This document shows, piece by piece, positions 18,767-28,807 of a stretch of 60,988 nucleotides of DNA. Below the pieces are notes generated by a model, which made no database searches, was not told the origin of the DNA, and worked only from the letters and a program-made list of their open reading frames with translations. A program made the position numbers and the translations under genes. Position 1 is the stretch's first letter. Each line of letters begins with the position of its first letter. The DNA comes from an uncultured Clostridia bacterium (GTDB lineage Bacteria; Bacillota; Clostridia; TANB77; CAG-508): assembly GCA_947628395.1 (NCBI GenBank), contig CANQZP010000002.1, forward strand, positions 1 to 60,988, written 5' to 3'.

Positions 18767-20222
18767 TTTTATTTCCCCCTGATATTTTATTTTTTATAGC
18801 ACCCCAAACTTGATAATATAAATCTATTAAAAATTTGTATTTTAATAAAATTAACATTAATATATATACTAATGCACCAATAGTAACTTCCATTAAAGTA
18901 TTTATTATACTTACACTTAAATAGTGAGTTATCAATGATACAACGCCAAACATAACTATACTACTAATAACACATTTTATAGACATCTTTAATATTTCCA
19001 GTAAAGAATATTGATCTTTAAAATATCTTAATTGAATTATAAATATTACCGTTTCAGCTATAACAGATGCAACTGCCGCTCCAATTCCACCAAAAAATTT
19101 TATCAAAACTATGTTGCATAATAAATTAACACCTGCTCCTACTATAACTGAAATAGTGAAAATATTTTGTTTTCCTATTTGGACTAGATATTGTATCCCT
19201 GTTATTCCATTCAATCCTATTGCTATTAGTATTGGAGCAGTTACAATTAATATAGGAGTTACTCTTGAAAAATCCTCACCATAATACCAAGGAACAAATT
19301 TAGCGCAAACCGCTATCAAGCCCAAAGCCATAGGCATCCCTATTAACCATACAAAATTAAATGATTTTTCTAAACAATTTTTAACTTCTTTTTTATCGTT
19401 TTTTGCATGTGCATTTGCAATTCTTGAATTCATTACTGTTTGCAATGCACTTATTATTACTAATGCTGCCTTTACAGTCTTTTGAGCTTGCTCATAATAT
19501 CCTACTTCAGACATATCTTTAGTAATTACACCTATCATAGTTTTATCCAAAACAGTATATATTTGAATAGCTATTTGAGGTACAAATAATGCAAGTGTTG
19601 GTTTTATATGTTTTTTTAATTGTAGTTCTTTTATATTAATTTTTTCTAAATATTTAGGAATATATAACCACAATGATAAGTTTCCTAATAATTCTGCTCC
19701 TACATATATTACAAAATATTTCCACAAATCATTTGGTGTTTTAATGATAGTAAATGTTAAAATTAAACTTAATAATTTTACTATCAAATTCCTAATTACT
19801 GTCTTATCAAATTCCTCTATTCCTTGAAATAACCAACTAATATCAAAAATATTTGCTACTAATTGTACAATTAATATTTTGTAATATAATGCATATTCAC
19901 CAGTTCTACCATAAATAAGATAGAAAACAATAATTGATAACGTTAACGTAAATGTTCTAATAATTACAATTTCCCAAAATGATTTTGTTCTTTGTTTTTT
20001 ATCTTGTGCTTTATAAGCAATTTCCCTTTGTCCATACATTGCAACCCCTAAAGAGCCAAATAAAATGAAATATGTAACTATAGAAATTGTATAACCATAT
20101 ATACCTATTGGTTCTGCTCCTAATACTCTTGATAAGTATGGGGTAGTTATTAATGGTAACAAAATTGTTAACATTTGATATATTAAATTATATATATAAT
20201 TTTTTGCAATACTTTTTTTCAT
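18753..20222 (-). CDS. Wzx-type (MOP superfamily) polysaccharide/lipid-linked sugar flippase
   Basis: 489 aa, about 12-14 hydrophobic helices. N-terminus NYIYNLIYQMLTILLPLITTPYLSRVLGAEPIG is typical of polysaccharide biosynthesis (Wzx) proteins. Confidence 0.8.
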   Translation of the reverse strand: MKKSIAKNYIYNLIYQMLTILLPLITTPYLSRVLGAEPIGIYGYTISIVTYFILFGSLGVAMYGQREIAYKAQDKKQRTKSFWEIVIIRTFTLTLSIIVFYLIYGRTGEYALYYKILIVQLVANIFDISWLFQGIEEFDKTVIRNLIVKLLSLILTFTIIKTPNDLWKYFVIYVGAELLGNLSLWLYIPKYLEKINIKELQLKKHIKPTLALFVPQIAIQIYTVLDKTMIGVITKDMSEVGYYEQAQKTVKAALVIISALQTVMNSRIANAHAKNDKKEVKNCLEKSFNFVWLIGMPMALGLIAVCAKFVPWYYGEDFSRVTPILIVTAPILIAIGLNGITGIQYLVQIGKQNIFTISVIVGAGVNLLCNIVLIKFFGGIGAAVASVIAETVIFIIQLRYFKDQYSLLEILKMSIKCVISSIVMFGVVSLITHYLSVSIINTLMEVTIGALVYILMLILLKYKFLIDLYYQVWGAIKNKISGGNKSAVD

Positions 20223-20233
20223 TTCTCTAATTC

Positions 20234-21178
20234 CTAATTATTTATTGGATTCCAACCAGGTTTATAAATTTCATGTAACCCCGTTTTTCCTTCTTTAGCA
20301 TCCTTTACAGCTTCATTTATCATTTTATATCCGTATTTTTTATTTTTTCCAAATAAAAATACTGCTATTTTAAACTTAAATGGTATTTCAAAACACGATT
20401 GTTTAAAATATTTTTCATCAAAATTACAACGTATAAAATCTAGCGTATTTCTAACTAAATAATATAATTTCCATTTTACAATTTCATTCATTTGGCTGTG
20501 AGGAGCATCATGCACTATTTGCATTTTAGGAATACATATTATTTTTCCTAGTTTTGATAATCTATAACTATGTTCTGTATCATCATAATAAATAAAATAA
20601 TCTTTTTTAGTCAATTCAGTTTGTTGTAATTTTTCTTTATTTATCATTGTTCCAACATACGAAAATGCATTAATTTCAAAAAAATCACATTTATAATCTT
20701 TTTCCTTAGAATATGGTTGTGATATTCTATTAAAGTGAGTTGTATATATTTTTCTTCTATGAGAACAATCTATTGTTTTTTTATCGCTCTTTAATACTGT
20801 ACCACATATTGCAGAAATTTGTTTATTTTCATATTTACTATTTTCTAGATACTGTTTAGCAATCTCAAAAGCATCATTTTTTGGATATGCATCATCATCT
20901 GCAACCCATATCCAATCACTATCATAATTTAAGCTATTTTTTAAACCTTCATAAAAACCTCCACTTCCACCAGTATTTTTGCTTAAATTAATAACAATTT
21001 TATCAAAAGGCTTTTTGTCTTTTTTCCATTCTTCTAAATATTCTTTTGTTCCATCATTACTATTATTATTTACAACTAAAATATATTTAGGCAAAAGTCT
21101 TTGTTCTTCATAAGATTTTAATGCTAATTTTAACTTTTCTAATCTATTAAATGTTACAACTACTACACCAATATTCAT
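20234..21178 (-). CDS. family 2 glycosyltransferase (WbbL/GlfT-like)
   Basis: 314 aa. VVVVTFNRLEKLK, NNNSNDGT, NTGGSGGF and ADDDAYP motifs, as in rhamnosyl/galactofuranosyl GT2 enzymes. Confidence 0.75.
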   Translation of the reverse strand: MNIGVVVVTFNRLEKLKLALKSYEEQRLLPKYILVVNNNSNDGTKEYLEEWKKDKKPFDKIVINLSKNTGGSGGFYEGLKNSLNYDSDWIWVADDDAYPKNDAFEIAKQYLENSKYENKQISAICGTVLKSDKKTIDCSHRRKIYTTHFNRISQPYSKEKDYKCDFFEINAFSYVGTMINKEKLQQTELTKKDYFIYYDDTEHSYRLSKLGKIICIPKMQIVHDAPHSQMNEIVKWKLYYLVRNTLDFIRCNFDEKYFKQSCFEIPFKFKIAVFLFGKNKKYGYKMINEAVKDAKEGKTGLHEIYKPGWNPINN

Positions 21179-21221
21179 TCTTACTATTTTATGCTAGATT
21201 TTTTCTAACATCCTTTCTAAC

Positions 21222-22265
21222 TTAAAATTTAATATCTATTTTTAATTTATCTACTAAAAATCTATAAATCTTTATATATACCATAGGAATTCCTAATTTA
21301 TAAAATAAAGAGACTCCCCAAAGAGCAAAATGTTTAAATCCTCTTTTTAGTGAATATCCTAATTTTAAGAATGGAGATTTTCTCCAACTCGAAAAATTGT
21401 CATCTAAATATTTTATTGTATCCTTCAACATCTGCTTCATGTCTACTGTATTATCATAAGAAACTCTATACATTACAGATGTTCCTAGATGTAAAAATGC
21501 AAAAGCATCTAATATATATTTCATTTCTTCATATTTATTTGATTTTATATATAAATTCTTTACTTCTAATAAGTATTTCTTTAAATTATCTACATCTTGT
21601 TTATTTACTGTATGTATTTGTGAATCATATCTTAAATAATAATGATACAATACATCTGATACAAATGCTATTTTATTCATTCTTGTATAACAACTAGCCA
21701 AAAACATTGTATCATTAAATCCTCTAAAAGGCAAAAATTTCAAATCTTTTATTTTATCTCTTTTATATACTTTATTCCATGGAGCAGGATTTATAAATAA
21801 AATATAATCATCTTTAGGGTCAATATTTCTTACAGTATTTCCAAAATTAGTCATATTAGTTGCTACAACTTTATTGGTTTTTAAATCAATTCTTTCAAAT
21901 CCACATACTGCCATATCTGCATCATTTTTTTTGGCTGCATTGTATAATTTTTCTGCCCAATCCAGCTCTACATAATCATCAGTATCTACAAAAGTTACAT
22001 ACTCACCACTTGCCCTTTCCAATCCATAATTTCTTGTAGTAAATTCTCCACCATTTTTTTTGTGAAATGCTTTTACTTTACCTGGATATTTTTCTGCATA
22101 TTCATCGACTATCTGTGGAGCAGAATCTGTTGAACCATCATCTACACAAAGAATTTCTATTGCTTCTAAAGTTTGATTTACTAAAGCATCTAAACATCTG
22201 GGCAAATATTTTTCTAAATTATATACAGCCACAACAATAGATAACTTTATTTTTTTATTTTTCAT
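21222..22265 (-). CDS. family 2 glycosyltransferase
   Basis: LSIVVAVYNLEKYLPRCLDALVNQT, VDDGSTDS and DTDD motifs. Start moved to the ATG at 22265, which is preceded by GGAGGTG; the ORF-track start at 22280 lacks an RBS. Confidence 0.8.
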   Translation of the reverse strand: MKNKKIKLSIVVAVYNLEKYLPRCLDALVNQTLEAIEILCVDDGSTDSAPQIVDEYAEKYPGKVKAFHKKNGGEFTTRNYGLERASGEYVTFVDTDDYVELDWAEKLYNAAKKNDADMAVCGFERIDLKTNKVVATNMTNFGNTVRNIDPKDDYILFINPAPWNKVYKRDKIKDLKFLPFRGFNDTMFLASCYTRMNKIAFVSDVLYHYYLRYDSQIHTVNKQDVDNLKKYLLEVKNLYIKSNKYEEMKYILDAFAFLHLGTSVMYRVSYDNTVDMKQMLKDTIKYLDDNFSSWRKSPFLKLGYSLKRGFKHFALWGVSLFYKLGIPMVYIKIYRFLVDKLKIDIKF

Positions 22266-22638
22266 TTTCACCTCCACCATCTATGTTGTAGAGCTTTTCT
22301 AAATCTTGTATTTTCTTTTTTAATATTGAAACTTCTTGTACAAGTGCCGTATTTTTTCTTTCTAAATTTGAAATTTGACTTGTTAAATTAAATATTAAAT
22401 ATAATATTATAAAAATTGCTAAACTAAATATCATATTAATTGGCATTTCGAAACCTAATTTACATGAAATATACTCTACTAAATTAGGAATGAGTAATGA
22501 TATAATTAATATCACAGCTGTTATAGACCAAAAAATCAAATAATTTATTCTCATATTTTTTCTTTTTACAGATTTAATTATGAAAAAAATATATATTAAT
22601 ATAATAATTATTAAAGCTATTTTTAATGTATTTTGCAC
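22255..22638 (-). CDS. small DUF2304/GacJ-like membrane protein
   Basis: 127 aa with three to four TM helices and a C-terminal coiled segment. Starts 1 nt inside the stop of the GtrB/GacI-like GT2 (shared position 22638), the arrangement known from streptococcal gacI-gacJ. Confidence 0.6.
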   Translation of the reverse strand: MQNTLKIALIIIILIYIFFIIKSVKRKNMRINYLIFWSITAVILIISLLIPNLVEYISCKLGFEMPINMIFSLAIFIILYLIFNLTSQISNLERKNTALVQEVSILKKKIQDLEKLYNIDGGGENEK

Positions 22639-23366
22639 TATTTTTTTCCTCTCCTTCTTCTAATACTAAAATTATCTATTATAATCGCTAATATTACTTT
22701 TAGCATATAATCAATACTTGTCCAAACATTTACAAATGATTTACCAGCTATTCTCTCATTCATATTGACAGGAACTTCACTAACATTATATTTTCTTGAT
22801 AATACTTCTACTGTAGATTCAGGCTCTGGATACTCTGTAGGATATTCTTCAGAAAATAATTTTATTATTTCTTTATTAATTGCTCTAAAACCTGAAGTTG
22901 GATCAGTAATTTTTTTCCTACAACATATTTTTATAGTTAAAGAAATAATTTTACTACCAAACCTTCTCATAAAAGTAGATTGAAATTTACTACTTCTTTT
23001 ATCTAAGTATCTAGTACCAATTACCATATCTGCTTCACCTTTTTCAATTGGTCCACAAATATTTTTTATATAATTTATATCATGTTGACCATCCCCATCA
23101 AATTGAATTGCAATATCGTAATCATTTTCATAGGCATATTTATATCCAGTTTGTACAGCACCACCAATACCTAAATTTTGTATTAAATTAATATGATTAA
23201 TATTATTCTCTTCTAATATTCTTTCTGTATTATCTTTTGAGCCATCATTTATTACAATATAATCTATTTTTTCTTCTTTATCTAAATTATAATTATTTAT
23301 ATTATCATATACTTTTAAGATGTTTTCTTCTTCATTATATGCAGGTATAATTAGTAAAATTTTCAT
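22638..23366 (-). CDS. polyprenyl-phosphate sugar synthase, GT2 (GtrB/GacI-like)
   Basis: 242 aa. LLIIPAYNEEENI, VINDGSKDNT, QFDGDGQH and GTRY motifs typical of DPM1/GtrB-type enzymes. Lacks the two C-terminal TM helices of GtrB, as GacI does. Confidence 0.7.
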   Translation of the reverse strand: MKILLIIPAYNEEENILKVYDNINNYNLDKEEKIDYIVINDGSKDNTERILEENNINHINLIQNLGIGGAVQTGYKYAYENDYDIAIQFDGDGQHDINYIKNICGPIEKGEADMVIGTRYLDKRSSKFQSTFMRRFGSKIISLTIKICCRKKITDPTSGFRAINKEIIKLFSEEYPTEYPEPESTVEVLSRKYNVSEVPVNMNERIAGKSFVNVWTSIDYMLKVILAIIIDNFSIRRRRGKK

Positions 23367-23403
23367 TTATTCCCCTCTAACTTTTCTATCAATATATTTG
23401 GTA

Positions 23404-25416
23404 TTAATCCTGTAACATTTTTATCATTATCTCTTTAACCTTATTTTTTAATTTTGATGGTAATAAACTTAATATCTTTTTATATATTTTTCTTTTTGTT
23501 CCACATTCTTTAATTGTTTGAACAAATAATTTATCATAAGTAACTTCAAATTCTTTAATTTTCTCTTTTTCAATATCTGTCAATTGAATTTCTTTTTTTG
23601 ATACATTTTTAAAATATTTAATATATTCATCTATTCTATCATCAATATCAAATTTTAAAGAAGTTTCTTTTGCATTTTTCGACATACTTTTTAATTTTTT
23701 ATTATCTTTAATTAACTCTTCTATTTTTTTTATATATTCGTTTGGATTATTTACTTCTTTTATAATAAAACAATTTTCATTATCAATAGCATATTCATCT
23801 ATTCCAAATGACTCTGATAAAATTGGAACAACACCATTTGCCATTGCTTCTAATGACATCAATCCAAAGCCTTCCATTAAAGAAGTATCTATATAGATGT
23901 CTGACTGTTCTAATATTTTATTTATTTGTTTTCTATCTAATGGTCCTTCATAATAATTAATATTAACTTTCTCATTATTATTAATAGGAAACATCATATT
24001 TTGATTTACATAAATAGCATTAATATTAATATCTTTTTCTAAAACCGTAAGTTTTTTTAGAATTTCTGCTAAAATAAAATCTCCCTTTGGAAAAGAATCT
24101 CTAAATGACATGGTAATAGTAATTTTTTCATTATTTTTTTCCTTATTATTATATAATAAATCAATATTTATTCCATTTGTAATTACTTCGGCCTCTTTAT
24201 TAAAATTCTCTTTACATTGTTTTTTCAAAAAATTTGATATTGCCAATATATTTTGACTGCTTCTACATGCTAATTCTGCATAATTGTATATAGTTGAATT
24301 ATCAAAACATGGTTCATATCCTTGCATAAAATTAACACATGGAATATCATAATGTTCTGCAATAGTATTGCAATAGAAAATTGTTGGATATATAGTTCCC
24401 ACAATGCATTTTGGTTTAATATTTTTTATGTTTGATAAGTAGCTAGGAGAAAAAATCATTATTTCTTTATAATTATCATGAAGTTTTTGTGTCAATATAT
24501 TAGCAAATATTCCATTTATGTTTAAATAATTTACTATATCAACAACAATATGTACACCACCAGCATTTTGATGAATATCTGGTAAATAAAATAATACTTC
24601 CGGTTCTGGAACTTTTTCATCTAAATTTAAGTTTTCCATAATATACTTAATTGGATCATTTTTAGAATATAATTCAATCTTTTTATTATATTCTTCTCCC
24701 CATCTATCAAAGAATAATTTCCTATTAGCTTCTAATCTTTTTTGTTTTTCAATGCTTGTACCAAAAGAAACTTCTGATTTATGGAACACATATGTATCTA
24801 TTGCAACTTTAGCTTCAAAGCCTTTACTATGGGCTTTAAATTGGTAATCTGTCTCCTCTCCATATCCCATACCATAAGCTTCATCTAACTTTCCTGTTTT
24901 CTTTAAACATTCTCTAGTTATCATTAAACAATTTCCAACAACAGTACAAGCATCAAAATCCATACCTTTAAATTTTTCATAAAACATATCATTTATTTGC
25001 ATATAACTATAATTTTGAGGAATATCGTATGATAAATTAGCAGCATTACTCGAAATTGGGCAAATTAGTCCTATATTTTTATTTTTTTCAATATGATTTA
25101 TTAACCTAGGTATAACATCTTTTCCTAATAAACAATCAGTATTTAATAATAGAACATACTCTGCTTTAGATAATTCTAAACCTCTATTTACATTCTTGAC
25201 AAATCCTAAATTTTTTTCATTTTTATAAATTTCGATTTTTTTATATTTTTTTGACAAATTTATTAAACAATTTTCTGTTAATTCATCAGAATTATCATTC
25301 ATCAAATAAACTTTTTCAATAAATTCATCTGGCGTATTTTTAAATAGTGCATATACACATAATTTAACCCATTCAGGGGAGTTATATATCGGAATAATAA
25401 TATCACATTTTTTCAT
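23404..25416 (-). CDS. bifunctional glycosyltransferase (N-terminal GT2, C-terminal GT4)
   Basis: 670 aa. The N-terminal part has IIIPIYNSPEWV, NDNSDE and NTDCLL (GT2). The C-terminal part has SLMEGFGLMSLEAMANGVVPI (E-x7-E retaining GT4 motif). Confidence 0.8.
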   Translation of the reverse strand: MKKCDIIIPIYNSPEWVKLCVYALFKNTPDEFIEKVYLMNDNSDELTENCLINLSKKYKKIEIYKNEKNLGFVKNVNRGLELSKAEYVLLLNTDCLLGKDVIPRLINHIEKNKNIGLICPISSNAANLSYDIPQNYSYMQINDMFYEKFKGMDFDACTVVGNCLMITRECLKKTGKLDEAYGMGYGEETDYQFKAHSKGFEAKVAIDTYVFHKSEVSFGTSIEKQKRLEANRKLFFDRWGEEYNKKIELYSKNDPIKYIMENLNLDEKVPEPEVLFYLPDIHQNAGGVHIVVDIVNYLNINGIFANILTQKLHDNYKEIMIFSPSYLSNIKNIKPKCIVGTIYPTIFYCNTIAEHYDIPCVNFMQGYEPCFDNSTIYNYAELACRSSQNILAISNFLKKQCKENFNKEAEVITNGINIDLLYNNKEKNNEKITITMSFRDSFPKGDFILAEILKKLTVLEKDININAIYVNQNMMFPINNNEKVNINYYEGPLDRKQINKILEQSDIYIDTSLMEGFGLMSLEAMANGVVPILSESFGIDEYAIDNENCFIIKEVNNPNEYIKKIEELIKDNKKLKSMSKNAKETSLKFDIDDRIDEYIKYFKNVSKKEIQLTDIEKEKIKEFEVTYDKLFVQTIKECGTKRKIYKKILSLLPSKLKNKVKEIMIKMLQD

Positions 25417-25428
25417 TTCTTTACCCTT

Positions 25429-26340
25429 TCATTGTTCATTTATTTCAACATTTTTATATTTATTTTTATATACTACTAAATAAATATTGATTAATACACC
25501 TATAAACGCAGTAATTATTGACGGCATAGAATATCTATCAATAATAGCTCCTAAAACACTATGAGATAATATATTCATAAAACTATATCCATACAATATT
25601 ATTTCTAAACTAATAATATTTCTGTAATTTTTATTAAATTTTTTTCTACTTGCAAAAAATTTAATTATACTAATTAATGTAAGTATTGGTAATAATAAGA
25701 AAACTATTTTTATTATTATTGCAGAGATTTTTATTAATCTTTGCATTACCCAGTTAACACATAATATTGGTGTGTTTTTTTCCTGATATGATTTAATATA
25801 AACTTCATATTCAGGTGATACATCAAAACTGTTTGCTTGTTCATACATATAAATCTTTATTGGTATTTGCCCATTTTCATTTTGTTCACCTATCTTTAAA
25901 AATTCATTTGAGTTTGTTACAGCTGCTCCATTAAATTCAATTTTATATATATTACAGATGGCTAGATAATTTTTTATATATCCTATTATTAAATCATCTG
26001 GATTAGTAACTAATACTTTGGCTAAATACTTTATTGCATCTTTAGTAGATAACGTATTTCCTTTATTAAAAATAACATCATATTCATTATCTTTATTTTT
26101 TATAACTACAAAAGATTTATGACCACTCTCATTATCTTTTATAAATTCTTGCAATTCTTGTGGTAATTCGAAAAATTTATTTTTTAATTCTAATTCTTTT
26201 GGTAACAATTCTGTATCTGGCGTATTTTCATCTATATAAGTGAATAAATATGTTCTAATATCATATTCTGATAAACCTCCGATCAATAAGTGAATTACTA
26301 AATTGACTTGATGAAGTTCTTGATTCTTTAAACTGAACAT
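25429..26340 (-). CDS. membrane-anchored protein (soluble domain plus C-terminal TM helices), possibly the C-terminal part of the upstream gene
   Basis: 303 aa with no motif recognised. Overlaps the upstream ORF by 80 nt in another frame; see finding. Confidence 0.45.
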   Translation of the reverse strand: MFSLKNQELHQVNLVIHLLIGGLSEYDIRTYLFTYIDENTPDTELLPKELELKNKFFELPQELQEFIKDNESGHKSFVVIKNKDNEYDVIFNKGNTLSTKDAIKYLAKVLVTNPDDLIIGYIKNYLAICNIYKIEFNGAAVTNSNEFLKIGEQNENGQIPIKIYMYEQANSFDVSPEYEVYIKSYQEKNTPILCVNWVMQRLIKISAIIIKIVFLLLPILTLISIIKFFASRKKFNKNYRNIISLEIILYGYSFMNILSHSVLGAIIDRYSMPSIITAFIGVLINIYLVVYKNKYKNVEINEQ

Positions 26341-27082
26341 TATTAACTCTCAATATATAATTCCATAGTTTTAAACTACCAAATAAAGATATAATTACAA
26401 TTAATACAGTTACTATTTTGGCTAATATATTTTTTTTATTAAATTTTTGTATTATAGATATTATAGTTGAAATTATTAGTGGAAATAAGATTGTCCCCAC
26501 GTATGGCTGTTTTAATTGCCATGCTAAACATGTTAGAATAGAAAAAACAAGTGTAAATATTATGTATTTAACCTTATTTTCAAAATTTATGTTTATCCAT
26601 TTATAACTTAAATAACAGCCAATAATTGAAAAAGTCATTGCCATAAATTCTGTAAGCAAAGTATGGTAATACCCAAAAATTATTGGATTTAATGCAATTA
26701 AAATTAAAAATAAAATTATAGTAAAAAATTTGAATTTATTTCCTGCAATTTTTTCTTTCTCTATGACATCTCTATATATTAAATATGTTGTTATTATCAT
26801 AACACTATACATTGCAAACATTCCTACTTTTAATCCCATAATAGATTGTCCAAATAATAAGCCACATATTTTTATACATGCTGGGAAGAAAAATCCTCTT
26901 ATTACATCCCAATCATAAAAACCACTTCTATTAAAAATACTTGTAAGCCACAAGTAGTGGGCTGAATCATAAGTTACAACAATAGAATAAGAAAAAAATA
27001 CAATTGTTAAAATTATACAAATCATTCCAATCAAGATATTCTTTTTATCTTTTATATTCACTTTATATTCTTTAATCTTCAT
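26261..27082 (-). CDS. polytopic membrane protein, GT-C-like or polymerase-like
   Basis: About 7-8 TM helices. Start set to the ATG at 27082, which is preceded by GAAGGAG and overlaps the stop of the upstream GT2 gene. The GT-C assignment is an inference from topology and context only. Confidence 0.5.
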   Translation of the reverse strand: MKIKEYKVNIKDKKNILIGMICIILTIVFFSYSIVVTYDSAHYLWLTSIFNRSGFYDWDVIRGFFFPACIKICGLLFGQSIMGLKVGMFAMYSVMIITTYLIYRDVIEKEKIAGNKFKFFTIILFLILIALNPIIFGYYHTLLTEFMAMTFSIIGCYLSYKWININFENKVKYIIFTLVFSILTCLAWQLKQPYVGTILFPLIISTIISIIQKFNKKNILAKIVTVLIVIISLFGSLKLWNYILRVNNVQFKESRTSSSQFSNSLIDRRFIRI

Positions 27083-27083
27083 A

Positions 27084-28797
27084 TTATCTCCTTCTACTTT
27101 CATTCCTAATACTTTTTTCATTTATTCTAATAATACCTTTTTTCAATTTCAAATTTTTATTAATATATTTTTCTTGAATTTTATTTTCTTTATATTTATT
27201 TTTTATATATTCTAAATCATTTTTTATATATTTTTTGCCAGATTCTTTTTCTTTATCTTTATAATGATAACCTAATATTGTAGAATCCACAACTATTAAT
27301 TTATTTAATTTTCTTATTCTTAGGCACAAATCAATATTAGCATATAAATTATTTATTATATTTTCATCGAATTTATCAACTGAAATGAAGTCATTTTTTC
27401 TTAGGATTACTATATCTGTAGATAATGTAAAATTTTGTGTAATTAGATTTCTTTTCATATATCCACTATCATTTATATCTAATCCTTTATTTATATACTC
27501 AATATTAAAGTCCTCCTTTAATGCAATTCCATTATGATAAACTTTGTTATTTAAAAATAAAACTTTGCAACTAACAATTCCTACATTTTCTCTTTGAAAA
27601 TATCCTAATATTTTTTCTACCCAATTTTCAGAAATAATTTCTACATTATCTAAAAAAATTAGATATTCTCCTTTTGTACTTTCTGTTATTGAATTTTTTG
27701 ATTTTGCGTTTTTATTTGCTTGATTATCTACTTTTACAATATTCATGTCTTGGTATTTTTCAATCATGTATGGTTTTAATTCAAACTTATTTATTAGAAA
27801 AATTTCATAATTTCGATATTTTAATTTTTTTATAGAAATCAAAATTTTTTCTAGAGTATTATAATCATTTGCAGTAATTATAATTGATATTAATGGTTCT
27901 TTTTTTAAGTTATAAGTTAAGTGATATATTCCTGGGAATTTATCATCATTTTTAACTATTGCTGTAATTCCGTTTTCGCTCTAAATGATCTTGTATAGCT
28001 CTTCTTCCTGCTTCATATGCATATGGTTTTACTTCTTTATTAGCTGCAACAGAATTTTCATTTATTCTCCAATGATATAATATTTTAGGTATATGAATAA
28101 TTTTTTGTGCAATTTCAGTGGCTCTTAAAATTAAATCATAATCTTGACTTCCATCATATTCTTTCTTAAAACCTTCTATTTTTTTTAATAATTCTTTTTT
28201 TATAATAGTAAAATGACAAATATAATTATAACTAAGTAAAGTATCTATGGAAAAATCTGGTTTAAAATGAGGATCTACTCTACAATTTTTCATATCAATA
28301 ATTTTATCTTCATCACTATAAAAAAAGTCAGCATCTCTATTTTCATTGATTTCTTTAACAACTTCATATAATGAAAACTCAGGTAGTATATCATCATGAT
28401 CTAAAAAGCCATAATAGTCTCCTGTAGCTAATGCTATTGCTTTATTTGTATTTTCTGATATTCCTTTATTTTCCCCTATGTAAATATATTTTATTTTTTC
28501 ATCATTTTTTATATCTTCTAAATATGGTTGTTTTTCATCACTACCATCAGCAATACACAATTCCCAATTATTATAAGTTTGTTTTTTTAGTGATTCTACT
28601 AATTGTTTAAAATATATTTCCTTAGTATTATACATAGGCACTATTATACTAATTTTAGGGTTATATGAAAAGCTGTGTTTTCTTTGATATTCTAGCTCAA
28701 GTTTATCTGGTTCATTTTTATTTATCCATCTTTTATAACTTCTTTTTTCTTTTTGGTAAAAGAATATATTTTTTATCTTTTTTAAATAACTTGACAT
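27084..28797 (-). pseudogene. two-domain GT2 glycosyltransferase interrupted by a 1-nt frameshift (or sequencing error)
   Basis: The first GT2 domain (ISIIVPMYNT, DGSDE, DHDD) ends at 27952. The second GT2 domain starts with the in-frame peptide NGITAIVKNDDKFPGIYHLTYNLKKEPLISIIITANDYNTLEKIL, which has no start codon of its own. The frames join if the A4 run (plus-strand T-run 27973-27976) is shortened by one base. Confidence 0.75.
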
Positions 28798-28807
28798 TAT
28801 TGCTTTA

